Positions 12,175-25,065 of a stretch of 64,000 bases of DNA are shown here, piece by piece; positions within the stretch are counted from its first letter, which is position 1; each line of letters begins with the position of its first letter. The DNA lies in contig NC_090378.1 of the NCBI RefSeq assembly GCF_036365525.1, positions 112,892,351-112,956,350 of the forward strand, given 5' to 3'. A model generated the notes under the pieces. That model saw only the letters and a program-made list of their open reading frames with translations. It searched no databases and was not told the origin of the DNA. Origin of the DNA: Heterodontus francisci. Lineage: Eukaryota. Both the position numbers and the translations under genes were made by a program.

Positions 12175-12810
12175 AGAACATAGGAGCAGGAGTAGGCCAT
12201 TCAGCCCATCGAGCCTGCCCCGCCATTCAATATGATCATGGCTGATAATCCATTTCAACGCCTTTTTCCCACACTACCCTTGTGACATTTGTATTTAGAA
12301 ATCTGTCAATCTCTGCTTTAAACATACTCAATGACTGAGCTTCCACAGCCCTTTGGGGTAGAGAATTCCAAAGATTCACAACCCTCTGAGTAAAGAAATT
12401 TCTCCTCATCTCTGTCCTAAGTGGCTTCCCCCTTATTTTGAACTTGTGTCCTCTGGTTCTAGACTTCCTAACCAGGGGAAACGTCTTAGCTGCATCTACC
12501 CTGTCTATCCCTTTAAGTATTTTGTAAGTTTCAATGAGATCACCTCTCATTCTCCGAAACTCTAGAGAATACAGGCCCAGTTTCCCCAATCTCTCTTCAT
12601 AGGACAGTCCCGCCATCCTGGGAACAAGTTTGGTGAACCTTCGTTGCCCTCCTGCTATGGTAATAATATCCTTCCTAAGATAAGGGGACCAAAACTGCAC
12701 ACAGTACTCCAGGTGTGGTCTAACCAAGGTTCTATACAATTGAAGTAAGACTGCACTACTCCTGTACTCAAATCCTCGTGAGATAAAGGCTGACATACCA
12801 TTAGCCTTCC
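12175..12810 (-). mobile_element. CR1 3' fragment
   Basis: ORF 12236..12970 contains LVRPHLEYCVQFWSP..LGLYSLEFRRMRGDLIETYK; tail near 12175. Confidence 0.87.
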
Positions 12811-13404
12811 TCTGTATCCCTTCACACTTTTCTGTATTAAAGTTCACAATATTTCCAAGTTTCCTTTTAGTGGTTGACTGAACAGAGTCTGACTTGCCTT
12901 TCTGGAGAGACATGGAGTCATAATGTGTTGTTATTCCTCTCCTCCGTCCCTTACTCAAAGCGCACATCACTTTTCCACTCTCTCCCCCCCCCCCATTTCA
13001 GTGGCTCAGGTCCAGACTTAATGGAGGTGGAAAGGTGCCGAGTCCCAACTTTTCAGCTTCTGATCCCATGACTTCAGGTGAGGCAGCAGCTGAAGTACGA
13101 AACCCCTGCATCCTGCTGCGCATCATAGTCCAGTGATTCCTGCTGGGATGTTAGGAGTCAGCTGTGTTGTGATGACCACCATGGTTAAATAGTCTCCCGA
13201 CAGAGCCTTGCCTCACAGACAAAGAACGGCCACATAAAGAGTAAGTACTTCACCCCAGTTTGAGTTAGAAGCTTTAGGAGAGATGGGGAGAAACTAGGAG
13301 AGAAAAAAGGCTGCGCATCATTACGCTAAGTGTCCACACAGGTACCCACAACTGCACTCAAACTGATTTAATAAAACCACTCCCAGAATTAAACTTTTGT
13401 AAAT

Positions 13405-13940
13405 TACTGGTTAGGCTTCAGCTGGAGTATGGTGTCCAATTCTGGGCACCCCCCTTCAGGATGGATGTCAAGGCATTGGAGAAGAGATTTACCAAAATAA
13501 TACCAAGGATGAGGGACTTCAGTTACATGTTGAGACTTAGAGAAGCTGGGATTGTTCTCCTTAAAGCAGAGAAGGTTAAGGGGAGATTTAATAGAGATGT
13601 TCAACATTATACGATGTTTTGATAGCGTTAGTAGGGATAAGCTGTTCCTACTGGGAGAAGGATCGGTAACCTAAGGACACAGATTTAAGATCACTGGTGA
13701 GAGAACCAAAGGGGAAATGAGGAGATGTTTTTTAAAGCAACAAGTTTTGTCATGGAATGCACTGCCTGAAAGGGCAGTGGAGCAGATTCAATAATAACTC
13801 TCAAAGGGAATTGGAGAAATACTTGAAGGGGAAAATGTACAGGGCTATAGGGAAAGAGCTGGGGAGTGGAACAAATTGGAAAGCTTTTTAAAGACACGAT
13901 TCCTGACTGGCCCACTTCTGTGCTATATCATCATAGGACT
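13405..13940 (+). mobile_element. CR1 3' fragment
   Basis: Homologous to other CR1 3' ends (QLEY..QFW remnant, GLFSL, 3'UTR). Confidence 0.8.
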
Positions 13941-14267
13941 GTATGAACTGTATATAATCCCTATTTATAAAACTAGGACCCCTAGTTTCCTTTTACAGCT
14001 TTATCCACTTGTGCTTTTAGATTTAAAGGTTAGAACCTCTCAGTCTCTCTGTTCTGTTATTCTTTGGTTTTTTTTTCATTTGATGCATATTTTCTCTCAT
14101 CATTCTCCCTCACAAAACAGGAGGTTAAGAGTAGACTTGAAGGAGCTAAATTGGGGGAAGCTACCTCCACTCACTCTCGAGTATCCGTAACTTTTGGAGC
14201 ATGTTCTCAATCATGCCGGAATGTTCTTGGTTATGTCACAAGCTTGCACAGGCATATTGGGTATGTT

Positions 14268-14935
14268 GTCAGCCATGGCTCAGTGGATAGCACTCCCAGC
14301 TTTGAGTTAGGAAGTCATGGATTCATTCTCCACTCCAGAGAGTTGAGCCCATAACGCAGGCTGACATTCCCAGTGCCAGTACTGAGGAAGCACTGTAGTC
14401 TTTTCAGTTAAACTGAGGTTCCATCTGCCTCCTCAGGTGAATGTAAAGGATCATATGGCACTGTCTTGCAGAAGAGTTCTCCTTGGTGTCCTGGCCAATA
14501 TTTATTCCTCAACTAATAATACTGAAGTCAGATTATCTAGTCATTATCACATTATGTAGAGTTACATTGAATTTACAGCATGGGCACAAGCCATCTGATC
14601 CATGCCGATGTTTATGCTCCATGTGAGCCTCCTCCCACCATACTTCATCCAATCTTATCAGCATAACTTTCTAATCCTTTCTCCGTGTGTCTATCTAACT
14701 TCTCCTTAAATGCATCTCGACTATTCACCTCAATCATTTCTTGCAGTAGCGAATTTCACATTCTCACTACTCTCTAGGTAAGAAATTCAGGACAAACCCC
14801 CTTGTTTGTGGGAGCTTGCTGCGCACAAATTGGCTGCCACATTTCCTGCACTACAACAGTGACTACACTTCACTGGCTGTAAAGCGTGTCCTGAGGTCAT
14901 GAACAGCACTACAGAAATGCAAATTTTTTCTTTCT
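14268..14935 (+). mobile_element. SacSINE1-like DeuSINE split by an antisense CR1 3' piece (~14556-14790)
   Basis: Head gtcagccatggctcagtgg. The body breaks after gtcattatcacatt and resumes at tgtttgtgggagcttgct. Confidence 0.78.
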
Positions 14936-14939
14936 TACT

Positions 14940-15680
14940 TTTGGTAACTAGAGGCTACAGCTTTGAATCATCAGCAAAAGAAATAAGGGAGACATTAGGA
15001 GAAATAGTTTTACACAGAGGGTTGCGAGGACATGGAATGTCCGACCAGAATCTGTGAAAACTGAATCCACAATGGATTTTAAAAGGCAAAAGGATAAATA
15101 TTGAACGAAGAGGAATTGAAAGGGTAAAGACCAGGAGAGTGGAGCTATTGGAATGATGGACTGAATGGCCTCCTTTTCTGTAAGACTTTTTGAGAAGCCA
15201 TCAAACTGGGCTAAAAGGGTTAAATTATGAGTACAGCTGGCACAGACTAGGCTTGTATTCCCCTGAGTATAGAAGATTAAGCGGGTGATCTAATTGAAGT
15301 GTTTAAGATTGTTAAAAGGATAAGGTCAGCTAGATGTGGAGAAACTATTTCCTCTGTTGGGAGAGTCCAAATCAAGGAGGCATAACCTTAAAATTAGAGC
15401 TAGGCCATTCAGCAGTGATGTCAAGAAGCACTTCTTCACACAAAGGGTGGTGAAAATCTGGAACTCTCTCCCACAACAGCTGTTGAGGCTGGGGGATGGG
15501 TGGGAAATTCAACTGAAAATTTCAAAACAGAGATTGATAGATTTTTCGTTAGGTAAAGGTATTAAGGTTACAAAACCAAGGTGGGTAGATGGAATTAAAA
15601 TACAGATCAGCCGTGATCTAATTGAATGGCAGAACAGGCTCGTGCAGCCCAGTGGTCTTTTCCTGCTCCTTTGTTCCATG
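14940..15680 (+). mobile_element. Two adjacent CR1 3' fragments (~14940-15185 and ~15210-15680)
   Basis: Two successive CR1 C-terminal/3'UTR remnants; ORF 15336 has KHFFTQRVVKIWNSLP. Confidence 0.72.
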
Positions 15681-15701
15681 CCCATCGATTAACTTACTCC
15701 C

Positions 15702-16639
15702 GGGATGGAATTTTATGCTGGCGGTAGGGGTCTCGACGTCGGGGAAACTGACGCCAAGATCCTCGCATCGCCTCTTGTATGCCAAATTTAGTACCAATCA
15801 GGCACTTAACTTGACAGCGGCGGGCCTTCCTTCGGATTTAGGACCCCATCGCCCCTTGCAGAGCTGCCAGCCAATCAGAGATCAGCAACTGCAGCGCCAC
15901 CAAGGAGCGGCATGGGAACACCACCACCTGCAAGTTCCCCTCCAGACCACACACCATCCTGACTTGGAACTGTATCGCTGTTCTTTCACTGTCGCTGGGT
16001 CAAAATCCTGAAACCCCCTTTCTAACACCCCAAAGGACTGCAGCAGTTCAAGAAGGCAGCTCACCACCACCTTCTCAAGGGCAATTAGGGATGGACAATA
16101 AATGCTGGCCTGGCCAGTGACGCCCATATCCTGTGAAAGAATTTTTTTAAAATAGGCTTAAGGAGGTCAGGGTGGGAGGCGTCTCGTGGGGTGGGTTGGG
16201 GGGGGGCGGTGTGGTTGCAGGGGGAGGGCATCGGCAGCGAGGGCAGGGGGCTGGCCCTCAGCGGGACCCCCTTCCCGATGCCGGGTCCCTTGTTCAGGCA
16301 CTAAGTGTCTTTGAATGAAGGACACCCCTCCCCCACTCCACACAGCCAGGAAGCAGCCCACATGGTTTTGCGTGCTGTGCTTCCTGTGCAGTGATGGGGC
16401 CTCCCGCCGCACGGGTAATTGCGGCTGTGCCAGGAAGAGGACCTTAATTAGGGATTAATTGCCCAGTTAAGGGCCTCAATTGGCAGCAGGGTGGGAAGGC
16501 GTGTGAACAGCCTCCCCGCCCCAGACTAAATTTCGAAAGAGGTGGCATGGTGGCGAGGACCCCCTGCCACCATCCCATCTGATTTTATGCTCTCCCTGCC
16601 TCCAAAACCACCATGGGGGAGAGCATAAAATTCCACCCC
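15702..16639. mobile_element. MITE-like non-autonomous DNA transposon with a nested LINE 3' end (~15905-16150)
   Basis: TIRs GGGATGGAATTTTATGCT (15702-15719) and AGCATAAAATTCCACCCC (16622-16639), one mismatch; GC-rich interior; no clear TSD. Confidence 0.72.
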
Positions 16640-17014
16640 CAGTTTCCCACGATTACCGGTAATGGTGAGAAGTAAGGGAGGACTCGAGACAGAGAAATAG
16701 ATGAGAGACTGACAGTGATGGACACCCAGAGGTGCGGAGCGAGGGAGGGAGGGGTGCAGACAGGGTGTAGATTAGTACTCAGTCCACCCTGCAGGGTGGG
16801 GGTGGGGCAGTGAGTCACTGAATGGCGACTCCATTGAGCAGCTCTGATGATGTAATGAATACTGAGAGGGAACTGCGAGCATCAGCAGACATTCATTCTG
16901 CTTTGAGTGCACATTATTTTTTTAAATGAATGAAGGCCAGAAATTTCTTCAGAGATTTCTTCCCACTTCGCTAGCTTAACATTGGCAGGCAGTGGGGAGG
17001 GAAATTCTGTAGAC

Positions 17015-17370
17015 AGCAACAACAGTCTGCACTTATATAGCACCTTTAATGTCGTAAAACATCCCAAGGTGCTTCTCAGGAGCATTATGAAACAAAATTG
17101 ACACCCAGCCATGTAAGTACAAGTGGCCAAACACTTGGTCAAACAGATAGGTTTTAAGGCACTTCTCAAAGGAGGCAAGAGAGGTGGAGAGGTTTAGGGA
17201 AGGAATTCTAGCACTTCGAGCCGAGGCAACTGGTGGATTGATGTAAATTGAGGATGGACAAGAGTTCAGATTTGGAGGAATACAGCGTTCCCGAGCATTA
17301 TAGGCTGAAGGAGGTTACAGAGATAGAGAGGGGTGATGCCATGGAGGGATTTGAACACAAGGTTGAGAAT
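17015..17370 (-). mobile_element. L2-like LINE 3' end
   Basis: Reverse-complement homolog of 52125-52520. Confidence 0.62.
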
Positions 17371-17629
17371 TATGCTCAGAAACACATTCTAGCAGTAGAG
17401 ACAGGAGGAGTGTTTAAGGAAGTCAGCAGTGGGAATGTTCTCAATTACATCATTGTCGTGCATGAACATGCTGCCCACAATAATGCATGTATGCAGATGA
17501 AACTCCTGTGTCACATGACTAGTGCGATGGTTTATACCCCCCTGCCACACCAGAGCACCATGTTAAAAATAGTCACATGATAGAAGGTATTATTCAGAAT
17601 GGATTCCTGAATGTAGTGGCGGGTGCATT

Positions 17630-18520
17630 GAGCAGTGTTGTTGTGCTTACGTTACGGGACTAGTAATCCGGAGGAGGTGAGTTTGAATCCCACACTGTAG
17701 CAGTTCAAGAATTTGACATTTTTTTTTAAAACCAAATGCAAAGAATTTTGCAGCACAGAAACAGGCCATTCAGCCCCACAGGTCTATGCCAATGTTTATG
17801 TTCCACATGAGCCTCCTCCCAACTTCATCTAACTCTGTTGGCATATTCTTGCATTCCTTTCTCCCTCATGTACTTATCTAGTTTCCCCTTAAGTGCATGT
17901 ATCCAATTCACCTCAATCACACTGTAACTGGGTAATTCTGAATTCCCAATTGGATTTATTGGGGGCATCTTATATTTATGCCCCCCCCCACCGCTAGTTT
18001 TATGCCCCCATAATTGGAAACATCTCTGCGTCTACCCAAGCGAACCCCTTCATAATTTTAAAAACCTCTATCAGGTTACCCTCAGCCTTTTCTTTTCGAG
18101 AGAGTAAAGCCCCAGCCTGTTCCACCTTTCCTGACAGCCGTACCCTCTCCATTCTGTTGTCATCCTTGGAAATCCTTCATGCACTTTCTCCAATGCCTCT
18201 ACACTCTTTTTATATTGTTGAGTCCAAAACTGCTCACAGTACACCAGGTCTACAAATAAATCAGTAAAAGTGACCATGAATCAGTCAGATTGTTGTAAAA
18301 ACTCAAATGATTCATTAATGCCCTTTAGGGAAGGAAACTAGCTGTGTTTGCGCAGTCTGGGCTATACATGACTACAGTCCTACACCAACACGGATTACCC
18401 TTAACTGTCCTCTGAAGATACTCGGCTGTATCACTACCATCACCAGGGCAACTAGGGATGGGCAATAAATGCCGGTCTTTCCACTGACGCCCATATCTTG
18501 AGAATGAATTAAAAGAAAAA
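17630..18520 (+). mobile_element. tRNA-derived SINE with a CR1-family-2 tail, split by a CR1
   Basis: B-box-like gtttgaatccc near 17681 and tail gggcaataaatgccgg..gacgcccatat shared with the LINE tail at 16080-16140. Related decayed copies at ~23640-23840 (+) and ~43960-44270 (-). Confidence 0.6.
17740..18250 (-). mobile_element. CR1 3' fragment inserted into a SINE
   Basis: ORF 18071..18277 has RLGLYSLEKKRLR. Flanked by the two halves of a tRNA-headed SINE. Confidence 0.78.
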
Positions 18521-18939
18521 ACGAGACTCCGGGGGTCAGACACCAAGGCCAGTGCCCTCAATTATAGGAAGGTTTGATATTCCGGGTGCCTTGCAAAGCT
18601 CAACCTAAGGTACAGTCAGGCACACCATAATAATATAACATACATTTTATGGTTTATTCATGAGAATGCACTTGTTTACATTGTATTGTATTACTGTCAA
18701 ATCCACGCAGAGTGAGCATGTGGATATATACTCAGAGCTGTTTATCCAAACCAGTAAGAGCTTAAGTTCGGGTTGGTTTTACATTGCGGTGATCTGTTTG
18801 GTTCTGGTTTTACTGTGATAGCCTGCTGTGCTGGGACCCTTTAAAACAGCTGAATGGCCAACTGCTTTCCCTCTCCTCTCAGCCCCTCACACACAGAGTA
18901 GCACCTTGTCTTGTGTCTGGGTGGTAGACAACCAAATGG

Positions 18940-19310
18940 CGTCAGGAAAGTTGTGGGTTCAAGTCTCACTCCAGAGATTTGAGCACACGCATCGAGGCTG
19001 ACACTCCAGTGCAGTACTAAGGAAGTGCTGCACTGTCAGAGGTGCTGTCTTTCAGTGAGATGTTAAATTGAGGCCCTGTCTGCTCATTCAGATGGATTAA
19101 AAGATCCCATGGGACTACTTTGAAGAAGAGCAGGGACGTTCTCACAGTGTCCTGGATAATATTTATCCCTCAACCAACATCATTAAAAACAGATGATCTG
19201 CTCATTATCAAGTTGCTGTTTGTCCCGTTTCCTACATTACAACAGTAACCACACTTCAAAACAAGTGCTCCATTGGCTGTAAACCAGGTTGGAAGATGCT
19301 GAGGTTGTGC
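18940..19310 (+). mobile_element. SacSINE1-like DeuSINE
   Basis: B box gggttcaagtc, Deu domain and tail. Confidence 0.82.
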
Positions 19311-19499
19311 ACTGTTTTGAAATTGTTTGGTGCGCAGTTTATTCTGTTCAACAGTCATCTCTTTTACCGGTTTGTATAATGCGTTCTGTTGCACTAATTG
19401 GTGTTTGTGATCTGATTGGGGGTCATTTTTTTGTAGGTGTATAGTGGCCGAGTGTGTTGTCACCTGTAACCAACTGCTTTAAAGTCCAGTTCTTTATCC

Positions 19500-19700
19500 A
19501 GAGTAGTGAGAATGTGGAACTTGCTACCAGAAGTAGTCGTTGGGGCGAATAGAATCGATGCATTTAAGGAAGCGAGATAAACACATGAGGGAGAAAGGAA
19601 TAGGTTATGCTGACAGGGTGAGATGAAGCAGAATGACAGGATGCTCATATGCAGCATAAACACCAGTATAGACCAGATACGCCGAAAGGCCTGTTTCTAA
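19500..19700 (+). mobile_element. CR1 3' fragment
   Basis: Homologous to 7350-7615. Confidence 0.68.
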
Positions 19701-20159
19701 CTTGATCTAATGCCTATCACATAACGCAAAGGTATTGCCACAGTTTGCAACTCTCCCCTCCCAAATTCCAGAATCTTTTAACCTTCAGTCGCCTGTTCTC
19801 TTTTGGAAACTTTCGAATGTTCAGTACAGATAAAGTGCAATTCATGGCAATCTGAAGCAAAGACAGAAAAACTTTACAAGTGCTGATGTTTGTGCTTCCA
19901 GCATTTTCTGTTCCTGTTTTTAGAAGGTTACGCCTGTCGGGTTTTTGTACATCCTTTCCCCACCCTAGATCTCTCCACCCTCCCACATACACACATCCCT
20001 CCCGAACAATTCGACAAAAGAGATGTTTCTAAACATTCTGCTGCACCTTGGGTGATTTTTATGCTCCACACCCTCCCTCTGATCTCAGCAAGAATTCACT
20101 GTTCATATCTTAAAATCAAGGTCATTGTCCTCCTGTAATTTTGTGTATGATCTCCATTG

Positions 20160-20510
20160 GAGGAGTGGAGTGGGGAGGAAGTAAGAGAAAGAGGGAGAGA
20201 GAGAGAGAGAGCAAGGGGGGACGGGGGGGAAGAGAAGAACGGGAAGAGGGAGGGAGAGTGATTGAGAGAGAACAAGGGGGTAGGAAGAAAGAGAGAGGGT
20301 GAGAAAGGGAGATAGAAAGGGAGACAGAGGGAAAGAGAGAGGGGGAAGAAAGTGAGAATGACAGAGTGTGTATGAGAGAGATCGAGTGAGAGACAGTGAG
20401 GCAATGAAAGGGGGGGGAGCGAAAGAGACAGAGAGATAAAGACAGGGAGAGAGACATGGAGAGGGAGAAATAGATAGATAGAGGGAGAGAGAGGCAGTGA
20501 GAGAGACCAT
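20160..20510. repeat. Purine-rich (GA) low-complexity tract
   Basis: About 350 bp composed largely of G/A on the + strand. Confidence 0.9.
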
Positions 20511-21019
20511 CAGTGCATGGAAAGCTGTGTGCTTACCCAAGCGCTCACAGAGTCTGAATTGACAGGTCCTGGAGGACAGCTTGTTCCATTTCAGGACATG
20601 CAGTGTATTGAGCAAAACAAATCTATTTTTGGAAATACTCTTTCATATTCACTTTTGAGCCCAAATGCACTTTTCTAATTAATATTTTTATGCTATTGGC
20701 TTTCACTGTTTCTGGCCTTTATAAAGCCTGTTCGAGGGATACGGCACCCACTGCACGTATGTTTTATGTGCTGTGTGTGTCTTTGAGCATCATGTGCTCC
20801 GTGTGAAAAATGGTCACCTCCCAGTGTGGTGCTGAGTGGTAAAGGACAGGAAGGTTTCAGGTTATAGCCCTGGCTTGTGTTGAGGTTAAGCAGGCCCCAC
20901 ACTAGAGGGCTGGGGGTGGGGGGTGGTGGGGGGGTGGGGGGGGAATGACAGGGGAACAGATGTCAGGGTTACTGATCATGACCACTGTGTGGATGGCAGG
21001 TGAAGACAGTATCAAGCTT

Positions 21020-22700
21020 ACATAGGAAATAAGAGCAGGAGTAGATCATAAGGCCCATCAAGCCTGCTCCGCCATTCAATACGATCATGGCTGATCTTCT
21101 GCCTCAACTCTACTTCAATTCCAAAGATTCACAACCCTCTGAGTGAAGAAATTTCTTCTCAGCTCAGTCCTAAATGATCGACCCCTTATCCTGAGGCTGT
21201 GCCCCCATGTTTTATATTCCCCAGCCAGGGGAAACAACCTCTCGGTGTCCACCATGTCAATCCCCTTTAGAATCCTGTGTGTTTTAATGTGATCACCTCT
21301 CATTCTTCTAAACTCCAGAGAGTATAGGCACAATTTACTCAGGCTTTCATCATAGGACATCCCTCTCATCCCAGGAACCAATCTGGTGAAATTTTGCTGT
21401 ACCACCTCCAAGGTAAGTATATCCTTCCTTAGAAATGGAGACCAAAACTGTGCACTGTACTCTAGGTGTGGTCTCACCAATGTCCCCTAAGCAAGACGTC
21501 CTTATTCTTATACTCCAATTCCCTTGCAATGAAGGCCAACATACCATTTCCTTATTCTTATACTCTAATCCCCTTGAAATAAAGGCCAACCTGCCGTATG
21601 CCTTCCTAACCATTTGCTGTATCTGCATGTTAACTTTCTGTGTTCGTTGTAAGAGCACACCCCAAAGTCTCTCTGAACATTTAGAGGTTTCATGCCTTTT
21701 AAAAATATTCTGCTTTTCAATTCATATTACCAAAGTGAATAACCTCACACTTCCCCACATACTACTCCATCTGCCACCTTGTTGCCCACTTACTTAACCT
21801 GTCTATATCTCTTCTCCTCCTCGCAGCTTACATTCCCACCTACCTTTGCATCGTCAGCATACCCAGGTGCATTGCTCTCGTTCTCTTCGTCTAGATTGTA
21901 AATAGTTGAGGCCCCAGCACTGATTCTTGCGGCACCCTCCTCGTTACAGCCTGCCAACTTGAAAATGCCCCATTTATCCCTACTTTCTGCTTTCTGTCCA
22001 TTAACCAATCCTCCATCCATGCTAATATATTTCCGCCAACTCCATGTGCCATTATCTTGCATATTAACCTTTTGTGTGGTACCTTGTTAAATGCCTTTTG
22101 AAAATCCAAGTATACTACATCTACTGGTTCTCCTTTATCTACCCTACTAGTTACATTCTCAAAAAACTCTCATAAATTTGTCCAGCAAGATTTCCTTTTC
22201 ATAAAACCATGTTGACTCTATCAGAAAATCATAGTATGATCAAAGTGCATTGTAAAGACTTCCTTAATAATAGATACCAGCATTTTCCTGCTAACTGATA
22301 TCAGGCTAACTGGCCTGCAGTTCCCTGTTTTCTCTCTCCCTCCTTTCTTAAATAGTGGTGTCAAATTTACTAACTTCCAATCTGATGGAACCGTTCCAGA
22401 ATCGAGGGAATTTTGAAAAATCATCACCAATGCATCCACTATCTCTGGAGCTATCTCTTTTAGAACCCTACGATGTAGGCCATCAGGTCCTGGGGATTTG
22501 TCAGCTTTTAGTTCGTAAATATCAGCAGAGAAAAAAGTATTGGGGAAACTTAATTACCTTAAGTTCATCACTCTTATTAAGCCCCTTGGTTACCCTCTAT
22601 TTCTGGTATGTAATTTGTATCTTCTACTGTGAAGACAGACAGAAAATATTTGTTCAATGTCTCTGCCATTTCTTCATTCCCATGATAATTTCTCCTGTCA
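21020..22700 (-). mobile_element. CR1 3' 1.7 kb, decayed
   Basis: Minus-strand ORF pieces MDFQKAFNKVPH, NCRPVSL and HLEYSAQFWSP; 3' tail near 21020. Confidence 0.88.
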
Positions 22701-22829
22701 TATCACAGTAAACTCCCACAGACAGCAATGTGATAATGAATACCTCATCGACACTCACTCTCCAAGCTTGCCTGTGAAGAATGACCAGTCAGGTCGGGTG
22801 CTGGTAGCAATTGTACAAGCCAAATAGAA

Positions 22830-23610
22830 GAAAGACTTGCCTTTCTACAGTACCATTCACAACCTCAGAATGTCCCAAAGCACTTGAGAACCAATGAGGT
22901 TTTTAGTTTTAGTTTTCGAGATACAGCACTGAAACAGGCCGTTCGACCCACCGAGTCTGTGCTGACCATCAACCACCCATTTATACTAATCCTACACTAA
23001 TTCCACATTCCTACCACATCCCCACATGTCCCTATATATTTCCCTACCACCTACCTATACTAGGGGCAATTTATAATGTCCAATTAACCTGTCAACCAGC
23101 AAGTCTTTGGCATGTGGGAGGAAACCGGAGCACCCGGAGGAAACCCACGCAGACACAGGGAGAACTTGCAAACTCCACACAGGCAGTACCCAGAATTGAA
23201 CCCGGGTCGCTGGAGTTGTGAGGCTGCGGTGCTAACCACTGCGCCACTGTGCCGCCCTTTTTGAAGTGCAGTAACTGTTCTAGTATAGGAACTGCGGCAG
23301 CCAGGGTGTGCACAGCAAGCAGCAATGACCAGCTAATCTGTTTTAGTGATCTCAATTAAGAGATAAATATTGGCCAGGACACCTGAAAAATCCCCTGCAC
23401 TTCAAAATAGCCATGGGATCTTTTACATCTGCTTGAGAGGGCAGGCAGTGTCTCATCTGAAAGACAGCACCTCTGATAGTGAAGCACTCCCTCAGGGCTG
23501 CACTGGGAGTGTCAGCCTGGATCATATGCTCAAGTCTCTGGAGTATGATTTGAAGCCACAACTATCTGACTGAGAGGTGAGAGTGCTACTCACTGAACCA
23601 CAGCTGACAC
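22830..23610 (-). mobile_element. SacSINE1-like DeuSINE split by an HE1-like SINE
   Basis: Tail at 22830-22899 and body/head at 23258-23610 are collinear across the insertion. Confidence 0.8.
22900..23257 (-). mobile_element. HE1-like SINE nested in a SacSINE1-like element
   Basis: Near-identical to 7657-8034, with a (TAAAAC)n-type tail. Confidence 0.9.
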
Positions 23611-24519
23611 ACATGCCTTTTAATTCATGGCCTGCAACCTAAAGATGAGCATGAGAAGCTTCCGGATTGTGGTGAGAACTCAACCAACCCTTCAAGGACA
23701 GAGGTATCCCACGCCTACCCAGTCTGGCTTACACATGACTCCAGTCCCACACTACATGGTTGCTTCCTGAGCCATTCGGTTGTCAGGGTAACTGGGGTTG
23801 GGCAGTAAATGCTGGCCTTGCCACATTCCGAGAACAAATTATGATGATGATAAAAAGAGTTTCCTCTAAAACAACAGCGAAGTTCATTCTGACAAAAGGC
23901 AAAGCATTGCTGGCAGACCCAGGCTTTGAGATGTTTCTGCATAAATGATAGGGGTGGCCCAAATCTGGCGGAGGGGATCATTGCAGTTCACTGGTCAGGT
24001 CTGGCATTGTGACAGGTTGGGGCCTCCAGTTAGTGTTGTCAATTCTGTTAGGACTAGTTTTATAACGCAACCTCCTGCCTTTAACCAGCCTGCCTCCACT
24101 CTCCTGCCTCAATGTCCAACCTCGCAATGCCCCCAATTGGAAAGTGAACAGACTCTCCGCTATCCAATGGGATGAATCCTGACCGTCAGTCAAACGGACC
24201 TCTTTCCCATCTCTGGCATTTTAATAACTAATAAATCAAAGCGTGCAAAAGCAATGGGAATAAACACAATTTATTTTACTGCCCCTATGCCGGAATTTGG
24301 CTTGGACCAATTTTCCGGGAGATCAATCTTTAATTCCTGGAGACTCCAGGTTAGTCCGGGAGGGTTGACAACCCTGAGCTCCAGATCACGATTGAGCGAA
24401 AGCAGGCCACCCTGGTGAAATCCTAGCTGCTTCAATGCTGTGCTTTACTAGCGCAGTCAACACTCAACCCCAGCCACCTGGCCAATTATAAGACAGGCTT
24501 TTCTGCTCGGCGAGATACG

Positions 24520-25065
24520 TCGCTGGTTAGGTCTGAGCTGGAATATTGTGTCCAATTTTGGGCAGCACACTTCAGGAAGGATGTCAAGTCCTTGGAGAGA
24601 GTGCACAGGAGATTTACTAGGATGGTACCAGGGATGAGGGACTCCAGTTTTATGGAGAGACTGAAGAAGTTGGTTCTCTTTGGAGCAGAGAAGGTTAAGG
24701 GAAGATTTGAAGTTCAAAATTATGAGGGGTTTTGACAGAGTAATTAAGGAGAAATTGTTTCCAGAGGCAGAAGGATAGGTAACCAGAGGACACAGATTTA
24801 AGTTAATTGACAAAAGACCCAGAGGAGAACTTTTTTATTTACGCAGCCAGGTTGTTCTGATCCGCAATGCACTGCCTGAAAGGGTGGTGGAAGCAGATTC
24901 AGTTGTAACTTTCAAACGGGAGTTGAATAAATACTTGAAAAGGAGAAAATTGTAGCGCTACAGGGAAAGTGCAGGGAATTGAGACTAATTGGATCGTTCT
25001 TTCAAAGAGCTGGCAAAGGCACGATGGGCTGAATGGCCTCCTTCTGAGTTGTATCATTCTATGAT
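24520..25065 (+). mobile_element. CR1 3' fragment
   Basis: ELEYCVQFW remnant through to the 3'UTR ending atcattctatgat. Confidence 0.8.

Noticed and set aside
16718-16770. ATG GAC ACC as an MDT-type RXR first exon
   Set aside because: Similarity ends after three residues and there is no convincing phase-1 donor.
16844-16866. TGATGA and CTGA as snoRNA C/D boxes
   Set aside because: They are too close together and there is no terminal stem or guide region.
20096-20615. Ser/Leu/Pro-rich ORFs
   Set aside because: Artefacts of the CT-rich strand of a low-complexity tract.
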